Below are positions 1-9,428 of a stretch of 64,000 nucleotides of DNA, piece by piece (the stretch's first letter is position 1; the number at the start of each line of letters is the position of its first letter). Source of the stretch: Candidatus Kapaibacterium sp. (lineage in GTDB: Bacteria; Bacteroidota; Ignavibacteria; Kapaibacteriales; UBA2268); assembly GCA_963665665.1 (NCBI GenBank), contig OY762428.1, positions 4,192,001 to 4,256,000 on the forward strand, in the 5' to 3' direction. The translations under genes and the position numbers were made by a program. The notes under the pieces are model-generated. The model was not told where the DNA came from and ran no database searches. It saw only the letters and a list, made by a program, of their open reading frames with translations.

Positions 1-1164
1 GCTTATGCCGGTTCAAGGTCTTATTACAAATTTGAAAAGATAGTGAAAGAGATTACCGGATTTAAACATATTATCCCCACACATCAGGGCAGGGCAGCCG
101 AAAGAATACTCTTTAATATCCTTGATGTTGAAGGAAAAACTGTTCCAAACAATACTCACTTCGACACTACTCGCGGAAACCTGGAATTCAACAAAGCTAA
201 TGCTGTTGACCTTCTGAATGAAATTGGCAAGAAACCCGAAGTTGAAGCTCCTTTCAAAGGCAACATTGACCTTGACAAATTAAAAGCTACTATTGAAGAA
301 GTCGGTGCAGAGAATGTGCCGGTATGTTTCCTGACTGTTACTAATAACAGCGGCGGAGGACAGCCCGTTTCCATGCAGAATATCCGCGAAACAAAAGAAT
401 TACTCAAACAATATAATATACCATTATTCCTGGACTGCTGCCGTTTTGCAGAAAACGCCTACTTCATTAAGCAGCGCGAAGACGGATACCAGGACAAAAC
501 TATTAAAGAAATTGCACAGGAAATGTTCTCCTATGCAGACGGCTGCACAATGAGCGCAAAAAAAGACGGTATGAGTAACACAGGCGGCTTTATCGGGCTG
601 AATGATGAAGACCTTGCAGTAAAAGCTAAAACAGTCCTTATCGTTACCGAAGGTTTCATTACTTATGGTGGCCTGGCAAGACGCGACCTTGAAGCACTCG
701 CTGTAGGTTTTGAAGAAGTATTGGATGAAAACTACCTGGCATACAGAACCGGACAGGTTAAATATCTTGGCGATATGCTTACAGAAGCTGGTGTTCCGAT
801 TATACGCCCGACAGGCGGCCACGGAGTTTATATAGATGCTAAAGCATTCGCCCCGCACATTGCACCAAGGAATTATCCCGGACAGTCTGTTACACTGGAA
901 ATATACAGAGTAGCCGGTATCAGGACTGTTGAAATTGGTTCGGTTATGTTTGGAAAAGAATTAGATAACGGAGAATTTGTTCCGGCAGCTATGGAACTTG
1001 TAAGGCTTGCAATTCCACGCAGGGTTTACACAAAGAGCCATATTGAATATATTGCAGAAGCAATTATTGAAGTCTATAAAAACAGAGACAAACTCCGCGG
1101 ACTGGAAATTGAATGGCAGCCGGAATTCCTGCGCCACTTCACAGCCAAATTCAAATACGTTTAA
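1..1164 (+). CDS. tnaA: Tryptophanase (beta-eliminating PLP lyase), 5' end outside window
   Basis: Frame open from base 1 (AYAGSRSYY...). Motifs PTHQGRAAE, NNTHFDTT, MSAKKD (PLP lysine), RLAIPRRVYT. C-terminal LRHFTA is tryptophanase-type (tyrosine phenol-lyase has LRFFTA). Confidence 0.88.
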   Translation, partial: AYAGSRSYYKFEKIVKEITGFKHIIPTHQGRAAERILFNILDVEGKTVPNNTHFDTTRGNLEFNKANAVDLLNEIGKKPEVEAPFKGNIDLDKLKATIEEVGAENVPVCFLTVTNNSGGGQPVSMQNIRETKELLKQYNIPLFLDCCRFAENAYFIKQREDGYQDKTIKEIAQEMFSYADGCTMSAKKDGMSNTGGFIGLNDEDLAVKAKTVLIVTEGFITYGGLARRDLEALAVGFEEVLDENYLAYRTGQVKYLGDMLTEAGVPIIRPTGGHGVYIDAKAFAPHIAPRNYPGQSVTLEIYRVAGIRTVEIGSVMFGKELDNGEFVPAAMELVRLAIPRRVYTKSHIEYIAEAIIEVYKNRDKLRGLEIEWQPEFLRHFTAKFKYV

Positions 1165-1183
1165 GATAAAAATATTATTAATG

Positions 1184-1210
1184 AAAAGCGGGATTTATGT
1201 CCCGCTTTTT
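1184..1210 (+). terminator. Intrinsic terminator, probably bidirectional
   Basis: AAAAGCGGGA-tttatg-TCCCGCTTTTT between convergent genes. Confidence 0.85.
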
Positions 1211-1285
1211 CTATGATTTTCCAATAGAACTATCGAAGTAACAGGAAATCAACTTACCCAAACATAGTTAAAACCGGGAGTTGAA

Positions 1286-3370
1286 TTAAAAATTTTCATA
1301 CATCTGCTTCAAATCATTTACTTTTTTGGTTTTGCCGGTGTTTACGATAAGTATCCTGCTGTCCGATGGTATCTGATCTTTCATTTGAAGCATTAATGCC
1401 AGCCCGGCCAGCCCGGATGGTTCGCATTTAATATCCTGCGATCGGGCAACTTCTATTGCCTGCTTCACGATTTTTTCATCAACATAATAAATATCAGTAA
1501 GCGAACCTACACATGCATATTCGTTTTTCAACTCCCGGATATATTTCCTGAATGAATTTATGGAAGGCAGAAAATTCGAGAAGAGTTTATCCATCAAAGT
1601 ATCCGGTTGATTTGAAGATGCCCCGAAGTAATTGCATTTTTTGATTGTTTCAATATCAGAGAAAAATCTTGGATCGTGCTTTGAAACGTAGGAATAAAAA
1701 TATTCTATTTTAACGATATTTAAAATATTTATAAACAAATCACCAGTTCCGAAAGGAATAAAGCAAAATTCGGGTTTTTCGCGTAATATCTCGTAGCTCA
1801 TCCAGTCGTAATAATTGTCATGGGTAGGGTCAAGCACTTCGCGGTAAGTAATATCAATACCGTCCTTATTATCAGTTAAGGTTTTTATATCTTCTGATGA
1901 CAGCAGTTTTTCTGAAAGATCGCATTCATATAACTCACATCCGATATCAGAGATCGAATTCTTGATACCGGAATTCAGGTGGTGATCAACAAGAACTTTC
2001 AGACGAGTCGGTATACTGAACAGGTTGAACAGATGCTGAATAGCTATGGCAGCGCTGCCGGATGAAATTATCGACATTTGTGGCAGCGAATCGTTATCTT
2101 TGTATTTTAAAGCATCAATAAGAGATTTGTACTTGATAACAACCTCCCAGGCCAGCCTGTCCTTATGTGTACCGGTCGGGTTGGAACTCTCATCTTTCAG
2201 CCAGACGTTGCTGAATCCCGGAACATCAATCCGATAAGTATTCGATGCAGGAAATTTCGGCCTGTAAAATGGTTCGGGCGGGAATTCCGGTTTTTTCGGA
2301 TCATTGTTTGAAGGTATTTTTATCCGTTTGTAAGTGGTTTCAAGCCTGACATTAATATTTCGCAGATTCCTTTTGCCCGGCAACAACTTCTCCAAAGATT
2401 CCATGTTTTTGATCTTTGACAGAAAAATTTCATACAAAACGCTTGCCCTGCTGTTTCGAATAAGGTCAAGCACACCGTGGAGCTCTTCAATGATTTCCTT
2501 TATCTCGTCAAGTTCTTTTCTAAGCCTTTGGTAAAATACTTTCTCTTTTTTATCACCAACTATCAGTTTGTGATTTTCTTCAAGTTTCTCAATCCTCAGT
2601 TTCCAATATTTCAGCAGCTCGGAGCGGCCAAGTGAATCAAAAATATTAAAATCCCCGGAATAGCTGTCCTTTAAAAGAATATGAAAGGTATGTGCAAGAT
2701 ATAAATCCAGTTTATTGTTAGTGAAGTGGATCAGATCTTTTACACAGCTCTCATTTTGCAGATAGTCCCGGCTGATAAGGCTGAAGATATAAGTATTCTC
2801 GCCAAGGCCGGAATATAAATCGTCTATTGAACCCTTGCTGTAAGCCTGGGTATTACGGGATTCAGTTTCAACTTCCAGAAGAAAATTTGTTTCCAGGAAT
2901 TCCTTTATTCGTTCTGCCTCGGTCATGTTGTTCATGGTCGAGGAAATAATTATTTTAATTTTCCTTTCCTTATTGTCCCCGGTTTCCTGTTTCTTGCTGA
3001 TATTTCTCAGAAATTCGAACCTTGTTTTTCCATAGGCATAAAGGTAGCATATCTCGATATTATATTCCTGGAATCTTGAGTTGTCGCTATCCTTTTTTGT
3101 GTAAAAGAAATCCTTGAAGAAAGTATTACCCGGCACCAGGTCGGAATCGAACTGGCCTGCAATTGAAATTTTCAGGCCTTTACCGCTTTTCAGCTCATTA
3201 AGCCTCGCGTTAATAAAGTCCCTGAGTTCAGAATAATTTGGAAGGTGAGAGTTAAATTTTTTAAGTCCTCCTTCCTTCAGATATAAATTCTTCATATCAT
3301 CTCTCAGCCTGTCCATTTCGGGCTTATCTAATTGTATCCATCCGCTTTTCAGAATAATATTTTCAGCCAT
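1286..3370 (-). CDS. Fusion protein: unknown N-terminal domain + TIR-like domain + fold-type II PLP-dependent enzyme (threonine synthase/dehydratase-like)
   Basis: ATG at 3370 (ORF open to 3400). TIR-like segment KIIISST...SKGSIDDL...IFSLISRDYLQNESCVKDL. PLP motifs WLKDESSNPTGTHKDR, SSGSAA, PFGTG, CEPSGLAGLA, IVNTG. Confidence 0.8.
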   Translation of the reverse strand: MAENIILKSGWIQLDKPEMDRLRDDMKNLYLKEGGLKKFNSHLPNYSELRDFINARLNELKSGKGLKISIAGQFDSDLVPGNTFFKDFFYTKKDSDNSRFQEYNIEICYLYAYGKTRFEFLRNISKKQETGDNKERKIKIIISSTMNNMTEAERIKEFLETNFLLEVETESRNTQAYSKGSIDDLYSGLGENTYIFSLISRDYLQNESCVKDLIHFTNNKLDLYLAHTFHILLKDSYSGDFNIFDSLGRSELLKYWKLRIEKLEENHKLIVGDKKEKVFYQRLRKELDEIKEIIEELHGVLDLIRNSRASVLYEIFLSKIKNMESLEKLLPGKRNLRNINVRLETTYKRIKIPSNNDPKKPEFPPEPFYRPKFPASNTYRIDVPGFSNVWLKDESSNPTGTHKDRLAWEVVIKYKSLIDALKYKDNDSLPQMSIISSGSAAIAIQHLFNLFSIPTRLKVLVDHHLNSGIKNSISDIGCELYECDLSEKLLSSEDIKTLTDNKDGIDITYREVLDPTHDNYYDWMSYEILREKPEFCFIPFGTGDLFINILNIVKIEYFYSYVSKHDPRFFSDIETIKKCNYFGASSNQPDTLMDKLFSNFLPSINSFRKYIRELKNEYACVGSLTDIYYVDEKIVKQAIEVARSQDIKCEPSGLAGLALMLQMKDQIPSDSRILIVNTGKTKKVNDLKQMYENF

Positions 3371-3721
3371 TACGTCACCGGAAATTAATAATATTTTCAA
3401 TAGATAAAGATACGAATATTTTGATAATTAGTTCATATCAGCAAATGAAAATTTAATCCCACCAGTATTATTCAACAGAGATCAACTACAGGTCACAATA
3501 AGCAACTGCTAATCATAATATTATTTTCAATATTTTTCTGAAATTCCGGATATTTAAATATTTTGAAGTAATTTAATTATTCCGGAAAGACGGCCCGGGA
3601 ATAAGGAAAACAAAATATTATGATAAATCCCATATTTTATTGTACATATAAAGGTATAATTTTTTCAATACAAAAAATCTTCTTAATTTTAAATGATTTA
3701 TAATTCTACTTATGGTCTGTT

Positions 3722-4717
3722 ATGAAATACTTTTGTTTTCTGATTATTCTGTTATTGCCTGTAAATTCATTCTGTGTGGATATCGATATAACCGGTTATG
3801 GCGCAACCGGATTCAAAACCTATGAAAGAAATTTTATTAACAAATATAAGCAGGAAACCTATTACGAAGGAAAACTCCAGACGGAAATTGAATTGAATAA
3901 AGACATTGAAGCACAGCTGGATTTCAGGGGAAATTCCAATGATAATTCCGTCAGGTTGAAGGAATTTTCAATAAAATTCGATGTTTATAAATATATGAAT
4001 ATCAAGGTAGGAAACGTAAAGAAGCCTTTCGGGTTCGAGCAGTTAGAAAATCGCGACGAACTGAAAACCGTGGAGCGTTCATACGCACAGGATAATCTGT
4101 CAGAAATGGGATATGGCGGACGAACAGTCAGCCTGATGTTCTATAATAAATTTAAGGAAAAGAATAATATACCGATAACCTACTATTTGTCATTTTATAA
4201 AAACAACTCTGATGTTTCCGGCCTGGCAGCAAGGTTTGTATATCATTTCGGAGATTTTGCCGCCGGGGGCGATTATATCTTTCGCCATTCCGGGGCAGCC
4301 CATCCAATGAACACTCATGGTTTTATGGCAGAATTTTTCTACGAGAAGAAAGATTTTTTCTCTGGCCTGGAAATTTTCGCTGCCAGCGACCCGATAGAAG
4401 GAATAAGACGTAAAATGATGGGGCTGGATAACCAGGTATTTACTTCAGGAATCAAATCGATTTCATCCATGAATATTGATATAGACGGTACAGTGTTCAA
4501 ATCGATTGAACCGGTTTTTCTTTTCAGTATATATTATCCTGAATTCGAAGAACATTCAAACCACGTAATACAGGTGCTGCCTGCCGTTAATTTTTACATT
4601 ACAAAAAAAGTAATGCTCAGGTTCAATGCTGATTTCCAGTTTACTAAGAATGAATTCAACACCGAGTATAGTACACTGGAATCCAAAGGAATTATCGAAC
4701 TGATGTTCAGGTACTAA
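3722..4717 (+). CDS. Outer-membrane porin (OprO/OprP-like)
   Basis: Signal peptide, IKVGNVKKPFGFEQLE motif typical of porin O/P, amphipathic beta strands, C-terminal aromatic residue. Confidence 0.7.
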   Translation: MKYFCFLIILLLPVNSFCVDIDITGYGATGFKTYERNFINKYKQETYYEGKLQTEIELNKDIEAQLDFRGNSNDNSVRLKEFSIKFDVYKYMNIKVGNVKKPFGFEQLENRDELKTVERSYAQDNLSEMGYGGRTVSLMFYNKFKEKNNIPITYYLSFYKNNSDVSGLAARFVYHFGDFAAGGDYIFRHSGAAHPMNTHGFMAEFFYEKKDFFSGLEIFAASDPIEGIRRKMMGLDNQVFTSGIKSISSMNIDIDGTVFKSIEPVFLFSIYYPEFEEHSNHVIQVLPAVNFYITKKVMLRFNADFQFTKNEFNTEYSTLESKGIIELMFRY

Positions 4718-4718
4718 T

Positions 4719-5852
4719 ATGAAATATGCTATCACAATATTGATCATTTTCTTTCTTTGGTCCTGCGGGGATCCTGTGAATCCTTATGACTCATCAAAAA
4801 TAAATACAATGCCTGTAATTGACTTCGAGATAGATTCCGAGGATTACAACGACCTGATGGAAAATAAATTACTTGATTTTTATACCCCATGCCTTGTTGA
4901 CTTCAAGGAAAATGTTTATAAATCTACTGTCCGGGCTATGGGTGCAGGTTCAAGATACCAGGCGAAATGGGCATATATGGTAAGCCTTGATGAAGGTAGG
5001 ATAATGGGGCTTGACAAATTCAATCTAAGCTCGCAGGCGTTCGACCGTACAATGCTGCATTCATATCTGGCATCAGGTATTTATGCTATGGCAGGTTTTC
5101 ATATTTTTGAATCAAATCCGGTATTCCTGAGGATTAACGGTAAAGAGAAAGGCCTGTATCCGTTGCTGGAAAGGATAGAGCCCGAGTTCTTTTCAAAAAG
5201 GGGGCTGAAAGTATTCGAGCTTTACAAATGCAAGTTGGGTTCAAAATTCACATTTGAACAAAGAAATAATCCCCAATTTGAATTTGTTAAAAAAATCCCG
5301 GATGATAATAATTATAACAGCCTGAAAGAAATGATCAGGGCAAGGGATACTCTGGAAATTGATAATATATTCGCGATAAATACATTTTTAGATTTAGATA
5401 TTTATTTGAATTATCATGCTTTAACTTCAATATTAAACAATAACGATGCTTTTAAGAATAATTTTTACCTGTGGAAGGAAACCCCTTACGAACCTTTCAG
5501 GCTGATCCCATGGGATTTTGATAAGTGTTTTTCGGGTAATTATAACGATCCTCCGGCAGGTTTCAACGAACTGATCACTAAATTCCTGGAAAATGAGGAA
5601 GTTCTGAATATATATAAACAAAAATTAAGAGCTTACCTTGACAGTCTGTTTACCGAGGAAAACTTATATCCGCGAATAGATTCGCTTGCAGAGCTTATCA
5701 GGGATGCTTACCAGATAGATCCCTACCTTGGCGATATTTATGATTTTGATTACGAGATATCCGAACTGAAGAAATTTATCCGGCAAAGAAGAGCATTTTT
5801 ATATTCAAATATTGATTCTTTCAGGGGCGTAGAAGATATTAATATACCGTAG
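4719..5852 (+). CDS. CotH kinase family lipoprotein
   Basis: Lipobox FLWSC; RAMGAGSR, LRING..GLY...ERI, NNDAFKNNFYL, LIPWDFD motifs. Confidence 0.85.
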   Translation: MKYAITILIIFFLWSCGDPVNPYDSSKINTMPVIDFEIDSEDYNDLMENKLLDFYTPCLVDFKENVYKSTVRAMGAGSRYQAKWAYMVSLDEGRIMGLDKFNLSSQAFDRTMLHSYLASGIYAMAGFHIFESNPVFLRINGKEKGLYPLLERIEPEFFSKRGLKVFELYKCKLGSKFTFEQRNNPQFEFVKKIPDDNNYNSLKEMIRARDTLEIDNIFAINTFLDLDIYLNYHALTSILNNNDAFKNNFYLWKETPYEPFRLIPWDFDKCFSGNYNDPPAGFNELITKFLENEEVLNIYKQKLRAYLDSLFTEENLYPRIDSLAELIRDAYQIDPYLGDIYDFDYEISELKKFIRQRRAFLYSNIDSFRGVEDINIP

Positions 5853-5853
5853 C

Positions 5854-6621
5854 TCAGTTTGAATTTTTCTTTATTTTTTCCCATTGTGGCTTAAGATCGT
5901 ATTTCACGAAACCGTAATCAGGTTCAAGAGCTAAAGCTTTATCCATAAATTTTTTTGCCTTTTCTTTATTTTCCCTCAGAATCTCTAATTGAGCAAGATA
6001 AGCATAAATTTCTGCATCCCTGCCCCATATAATCCGGATACTATCCTGCTTGTTATTATTTGTTTGCAGGGCTTTCAGAAGAAATTTTTCTGCTCTGTCC
6101 TTATCACCCCCGAATGTTTCGGGAGTATGCATAAGGTGAGTTGCAGCAATCAGAAGCATTCCCGGGTTTGAGTTATCAATTTCGTAAGCATCTTCTATCC
6201 GGTTCTTTGCCTTCATACCAAGAAAAATTGCAGAAAGCGAAGACAGCGAGGATTTTTTTCCGTAGGCACAGGATATGAGCGCTTTTATTTCGCAATCGTT
6301 TTCGTTTCTTTCGTCCGCTTCAATCAGGTGGTCTAGTGCGCTATCAAAATAATCATAAGCTTTATCCGAATCGATATTATAATAAATTTTACCAAGCTGA
6401 ATGCAAAGTATTCCTGAATAGTAGCATGGAACCCAACTGTCAGATGTATCACAAAGAGCTTCGGACTGTTTGAGCAATATTTCCATTGAATCTGGGCGGA
6501 ATGAATAATACTGAGATTCTATCTGCTGTTTTAACGAATAATACTGATTATCCCCTGCCTGCAATGAAACTGCAATAGAGGAGAGTATGATTATAATAAA
6601 GAATTGAAGTATCTGTTTCAT
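5854..6621 (-). CDS. Secreted TPR-repeat protein
   Basis: Signal peptide MKQILQFF...; helical TPR-like segments (AEIYAYLAQ...KALALEPDY); PETFGGDK motif. Confidence 0.7.
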   Translation of the reverse strand: MKQILQFFIIIILSSIAVSLQAGDNQYYSLKQQIESQYYSFRPDSMEILLKQSEALCDTSDSWVPCYYSGILCIQLGKIYYNIDSDKAYDYFDSALDHLIEADERNENDCEIKALISCAYGKKSSLSSLSAIFLGMKAKNRIEDAYEIDNSNPGMLLIAATHLMHTPETFGGDKDRAEKFLLKALQTNNNKQDSIRIIWGRDAEIYAYLAQLEILRENKEKAKKFMDKALALEPDYGFVKYDLKPQWEKIKKNSN

Positions 6622-6723
6622 AAATCCTTGTTGAAAAAAAATCAAATTTAATAAGAATTGAACTGACAGCCTTGGATTTTCTTATTTCAATTTATTATCA
6701 GTATGGATATTTATAGAAAAATT

Positions 6724-6753
6724 AAAAGTCCCGGCTGATTTCACCGGGACTTT
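6724..6753 (-). terminator. Intrinsic terminator upstream of the TPR gene
   Basis: AAAGTCCCGG-ctgatttca-CCGGGACTTT, with a T-rich tail on the minus strand. Confidence 0.75.
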
Positions 6754-6811
6754 ACCCTTTGCTATCCCTGTGGCTGCATTGCGAAAACAGCCATAACGGG
6801 AAATGTTTCAT
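6752..6811 (-). CDS. Candidate 19-aa small ORF / leader peptide (MKHFPLWLFSQCSHRDSKG)
   Basis: ATG 6811 to TAA 6752. Lies between two terminators and its stop overlaps the second stem. Confidence 0.3.
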   Translation of the reverse strand: MKHFPLWLFSQCSHRDSKG

Positions 6812-6854
6812 AATGTACATTGTAATTAACCGTGGATAAGAATAAAAGTTACGC

Positions 6855-6889
6855 AAAAAAATAACCCCGCCGGCGAACCGGCAAGGTTA
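6855..6889 (-). terminator. Intrinsic terminator of the 6911-7834 gene
   Basis: Imperfect hairpin TAACCccGCCGG-cgaa-CCGGCaaGGTTA with a T7 run on the minus strand. Confidence 0.7.
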
Positions 6890-6910
6890 ATGATTGATTT
6901 TTAACAATGA

Positions 6911-7834
6911 TCAGAAAGTCCAGACAGCCGTTTTATCATCATTGAATTTTAGAACAGATTCAGGCCCGAATTTATATTCCTGCTGTCCGTATTTGTTGTC
7001 GTTCAATTTGAACTTCAACGATGTAATACCTTTGCATTCATCATTCTGCTCAACTATTTTAAAAAGTATTTCCGGGCCTTTGCAGTTTATTATCCCGTTT
7101 TTCTTATTGATTTCATATCCGAACAATGCCATTTCCCTGCAGAAGTCTTCTACTTTGTCGTCATCCATTGCTATCGTAATCTCGGTAATATTATTCATCA
7201 GGCGGGAATATTTATAATACCTGTTGTTATAAATTTTCCTGCTGATACCGCTGGTAGGGTAATCGCTTCCGGCCATAAGTTCTTTCAGGTAATCCTCGTG
7301 ATATTCAATTACAGTTGTATTCAGCTTTCCTTTTTCCTCATTACCGTCACATTTCAGGCAATAGAACCATGGAATTTCAGTACTTTCCAGTTTTCTTTTC
7401 CGCAGTACCTTTTTCACGTTAGGGTTCAGGTTTTCCCTGATATTTACAAATATATTATCAATTTCCCCGGGTTCTTCCGTTGACAGGCCCATAGCACAGC
7501 ACCCCCTGGAGTAATCTTTCCTGTCCCCTTCCTTGAAAATTTCCATGTATGTTGTCTCGCCTGTGATATATATCCCGCTCCATGTTTCCATATCATCGGC
7601 AGTAGCGGTATTAGTTATCAGGTCAGCGAATTCAGTTTTAAGGAATTCGGAATTGAGTATATCATTGTAAGTTTGTTCATCCAAAACCATATTTACATGG
7701 TTAAGATATACTTTTGGAGAATTGTATATCTTCGGTAATTCAAATTCTAATGTATCATCAGAACTACATGAAAAAAACAGACCAATAGCGAAAGCAATAA
7801 GCGAAGTGCATAATAATACCTTTTTCATAATCAT
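6911..7834 (-). CDS. DUF5829-like lipoprotein
   Basis: Lipobox FFSC; VYLNH...LD..TY..I.NSEFL..EFA and WSGIYITGETTYMEIF motifs; GGAGG RBS. Confidence 0.65.
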   Translation of the reverse strand: MIMKKVLLCTSLIAFAIGLFFSCSSDDTLEFELPKIYNSPKVYLNHVNMVLDEQTYNDILNSEFLKTEFADLITNTATADDMETWSGIYITGETTYMEIFKEGDRKDYSRGCCAMGLSTEEPGEIDNIFVNIRENLNPNVKKVLRKRKLESTEIPWFYCLKCDGNEEKGKLNTTVIEYHEDYLKELMAGSDYPTSGISRKIYNNRYYKYSRLMNNITEITIAMDDDKVEDFCREMALFGYEINKKNGIINCKGPEILFKIVEQNDECKGITSLKFKLNDNKYGQQEYKFGPESVLKFNDDKTAVWTF

Positions 7835-8270
7835 ACCTCCTGAAGAATAAGTGATCTTAATATCTTATATTTAAGAGGTCTGTATCCCGGCTGTCATATT
7901 ATATATCGCATGAATATAAGTCCTTGCTTTTATTTTATTCAAGATAATAAAAATTTAATATTTTGCAAGATTTAAAAATTATTTTTGTGTATATATTTAA
8001 TTTTTGCAATTTGATCAATATATCTATCGGTTTTTGGTGGCTTTTAACTTCGACTATAAGAATAACTTCAATCTGTTAAACAAGAATTATTCTAAATTAC
8101 GACCAGGTGAAAAGAAGTATTGATTTCACTTCAAATTTCGGATTACAATTGTTTTTAAAGTAACAAACTGATACAAAATGTGAAAAATATTTTGCTAATT
8201 ATTTTTAACATTTTTAATTTTACTAATATTGGAAATTGAAATGTTAAATTATGATTGCCCGAGGTTAAGC

Positions 8271-9314
8271 ATGTACAAATTATTTATTACCTTATTATTG
8301 GTGCTTACTATATCAGCTTTACAATTGCCAGCACAGAACACGAAAACCGGAGCAGACAGCCTGAATACAGGAGATACAAATACAAATATCGATAATTCAA
8401 CTATTTACGTTAAAATCAGAACCCATGCCGGGGATATTTATACTGGTTTTATGATAAGGAAAGATAAAGAATACACTGTAATAAAATCTGACGACGGAAA
8501 AATATTTTCGATTAAGAACAACGCGATATCTTCAGTAACCCAGGAAGATCACGATAAATTAACTGACATACAAAAGAAAGCTATGAAGCCTGTTCCCCAA
8601 TTTTCGAATATTTCATTGGCTTTTATGTCGCCTTCTTACGGCGTTGATAATGATCTCTCATTCTTCTCGGGCGTTTGGCTTTTAGCCGCAGATATAAATA
8701 TTGGCGAAACAACGCAAATAAGAGCTGAAATTCCCTATGCACATTTTGCCTCGGGTGATGTTAGTTACTCTGAATTTCAGAATATTTATATCGGAATGAA
8801 TTTTAATAATCTGACTATGGGCAGGGATATGATCTTCAGGGCAGGGCTGTTTCTGCCGGTAGTTTCCCCTGAAACATTCCTTAAAACCGGTATTTTGGCC
8901 TATCCCGGTGATAGTTATAACTATACACGATACTTACCGGATTGTGTTACTTTTCAGGGAATCTTTGACTATACGAAGTACTACCCCAATAATTTGTTAT
9001 TTCACCTGGTTGCCGGGCTTGATATACTTTACCAAAGTGAAGGCGAAGGGAATACAGATATATATCCGCGTTTCCTGTTCGGCCTGGGATATGATAACCG
9101 TGAGACCAGGTTTGTTTTCAATTTCAAAGGCTATATAATGCTGACAGAAGATTATGAATTCAGGGAAGAATTTGTAAATTCCCTGGCCTTTGAATTTTCT
9201 CACAAGTTCACTAATATCACACCAGTTGTTGAAATAACTCTCCCTCTTCAGGAAGACTTAGTTGACCTGATTGATTATCAATTAAAAATTGGAGCCTCAT
9301 ACAGGTTGAAATAG
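8271..9314 (+). CDS. Hypothetical outer-membrane beta-barrel protein
   Basis: GAGG RBS then ATG 8271, signal peptide, beta-strand-rich C-terminal half ending GASYRLK. Confidence 0.6.
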   Translation: MYKLFITLLLVLTISALQLPAQNTKTGADSLNTGDTNTNIDNSTIYVKIRTHAGDIYTGFMIRKDKEYTVIKSDDGKIFSIKNNAISSVTQEDHDKLTDIQKKAMKPVPQFSNISLAFMSPSYGVDNDLSFFSGVWLLAADINIGETTQIRAEIPYAHFASGDVSYSEFQNIYIGMNFNNLTMGRDMIFRAGLFLPVVSPETFLKTGILAYPGDSYNYTRYLPDCVTFQGIFDYTKYYPNNLLFHLVAGLDILYQSEGEGNTDIYPRFLFGLGYDNRETRFVFNFKGYIMLTEDYEFREEFVNSLAFEFSHKFTNITPVVEITLPLQEDLVDLIDYQLKIGASYRLK

Positions 9315-9428
9315 CATATTAAGAGCAATTAAAATTAAAAACATTCGGGATTTTTTTGTAGATTAATAGCAGCCGGTTGCGGGGGGTAACCGGTATTGAT
9401 ATTATTTATATTATTTGCGGGTTTGGTT

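Noticed and set aside
6715-6765. c-di-GMP-I riboswitch (GGTAAA...GAAA...GGGAC on the minus strand)
   Set aside because: The stem is followed by a T run rather than GCAAA and a second hairpin; better explained as a terminator.
6752-6811. TnaC-like tryptophanase leader
   Set aside because: Not upstream of tnaA, and lacks the W..D...P-stop spacing.
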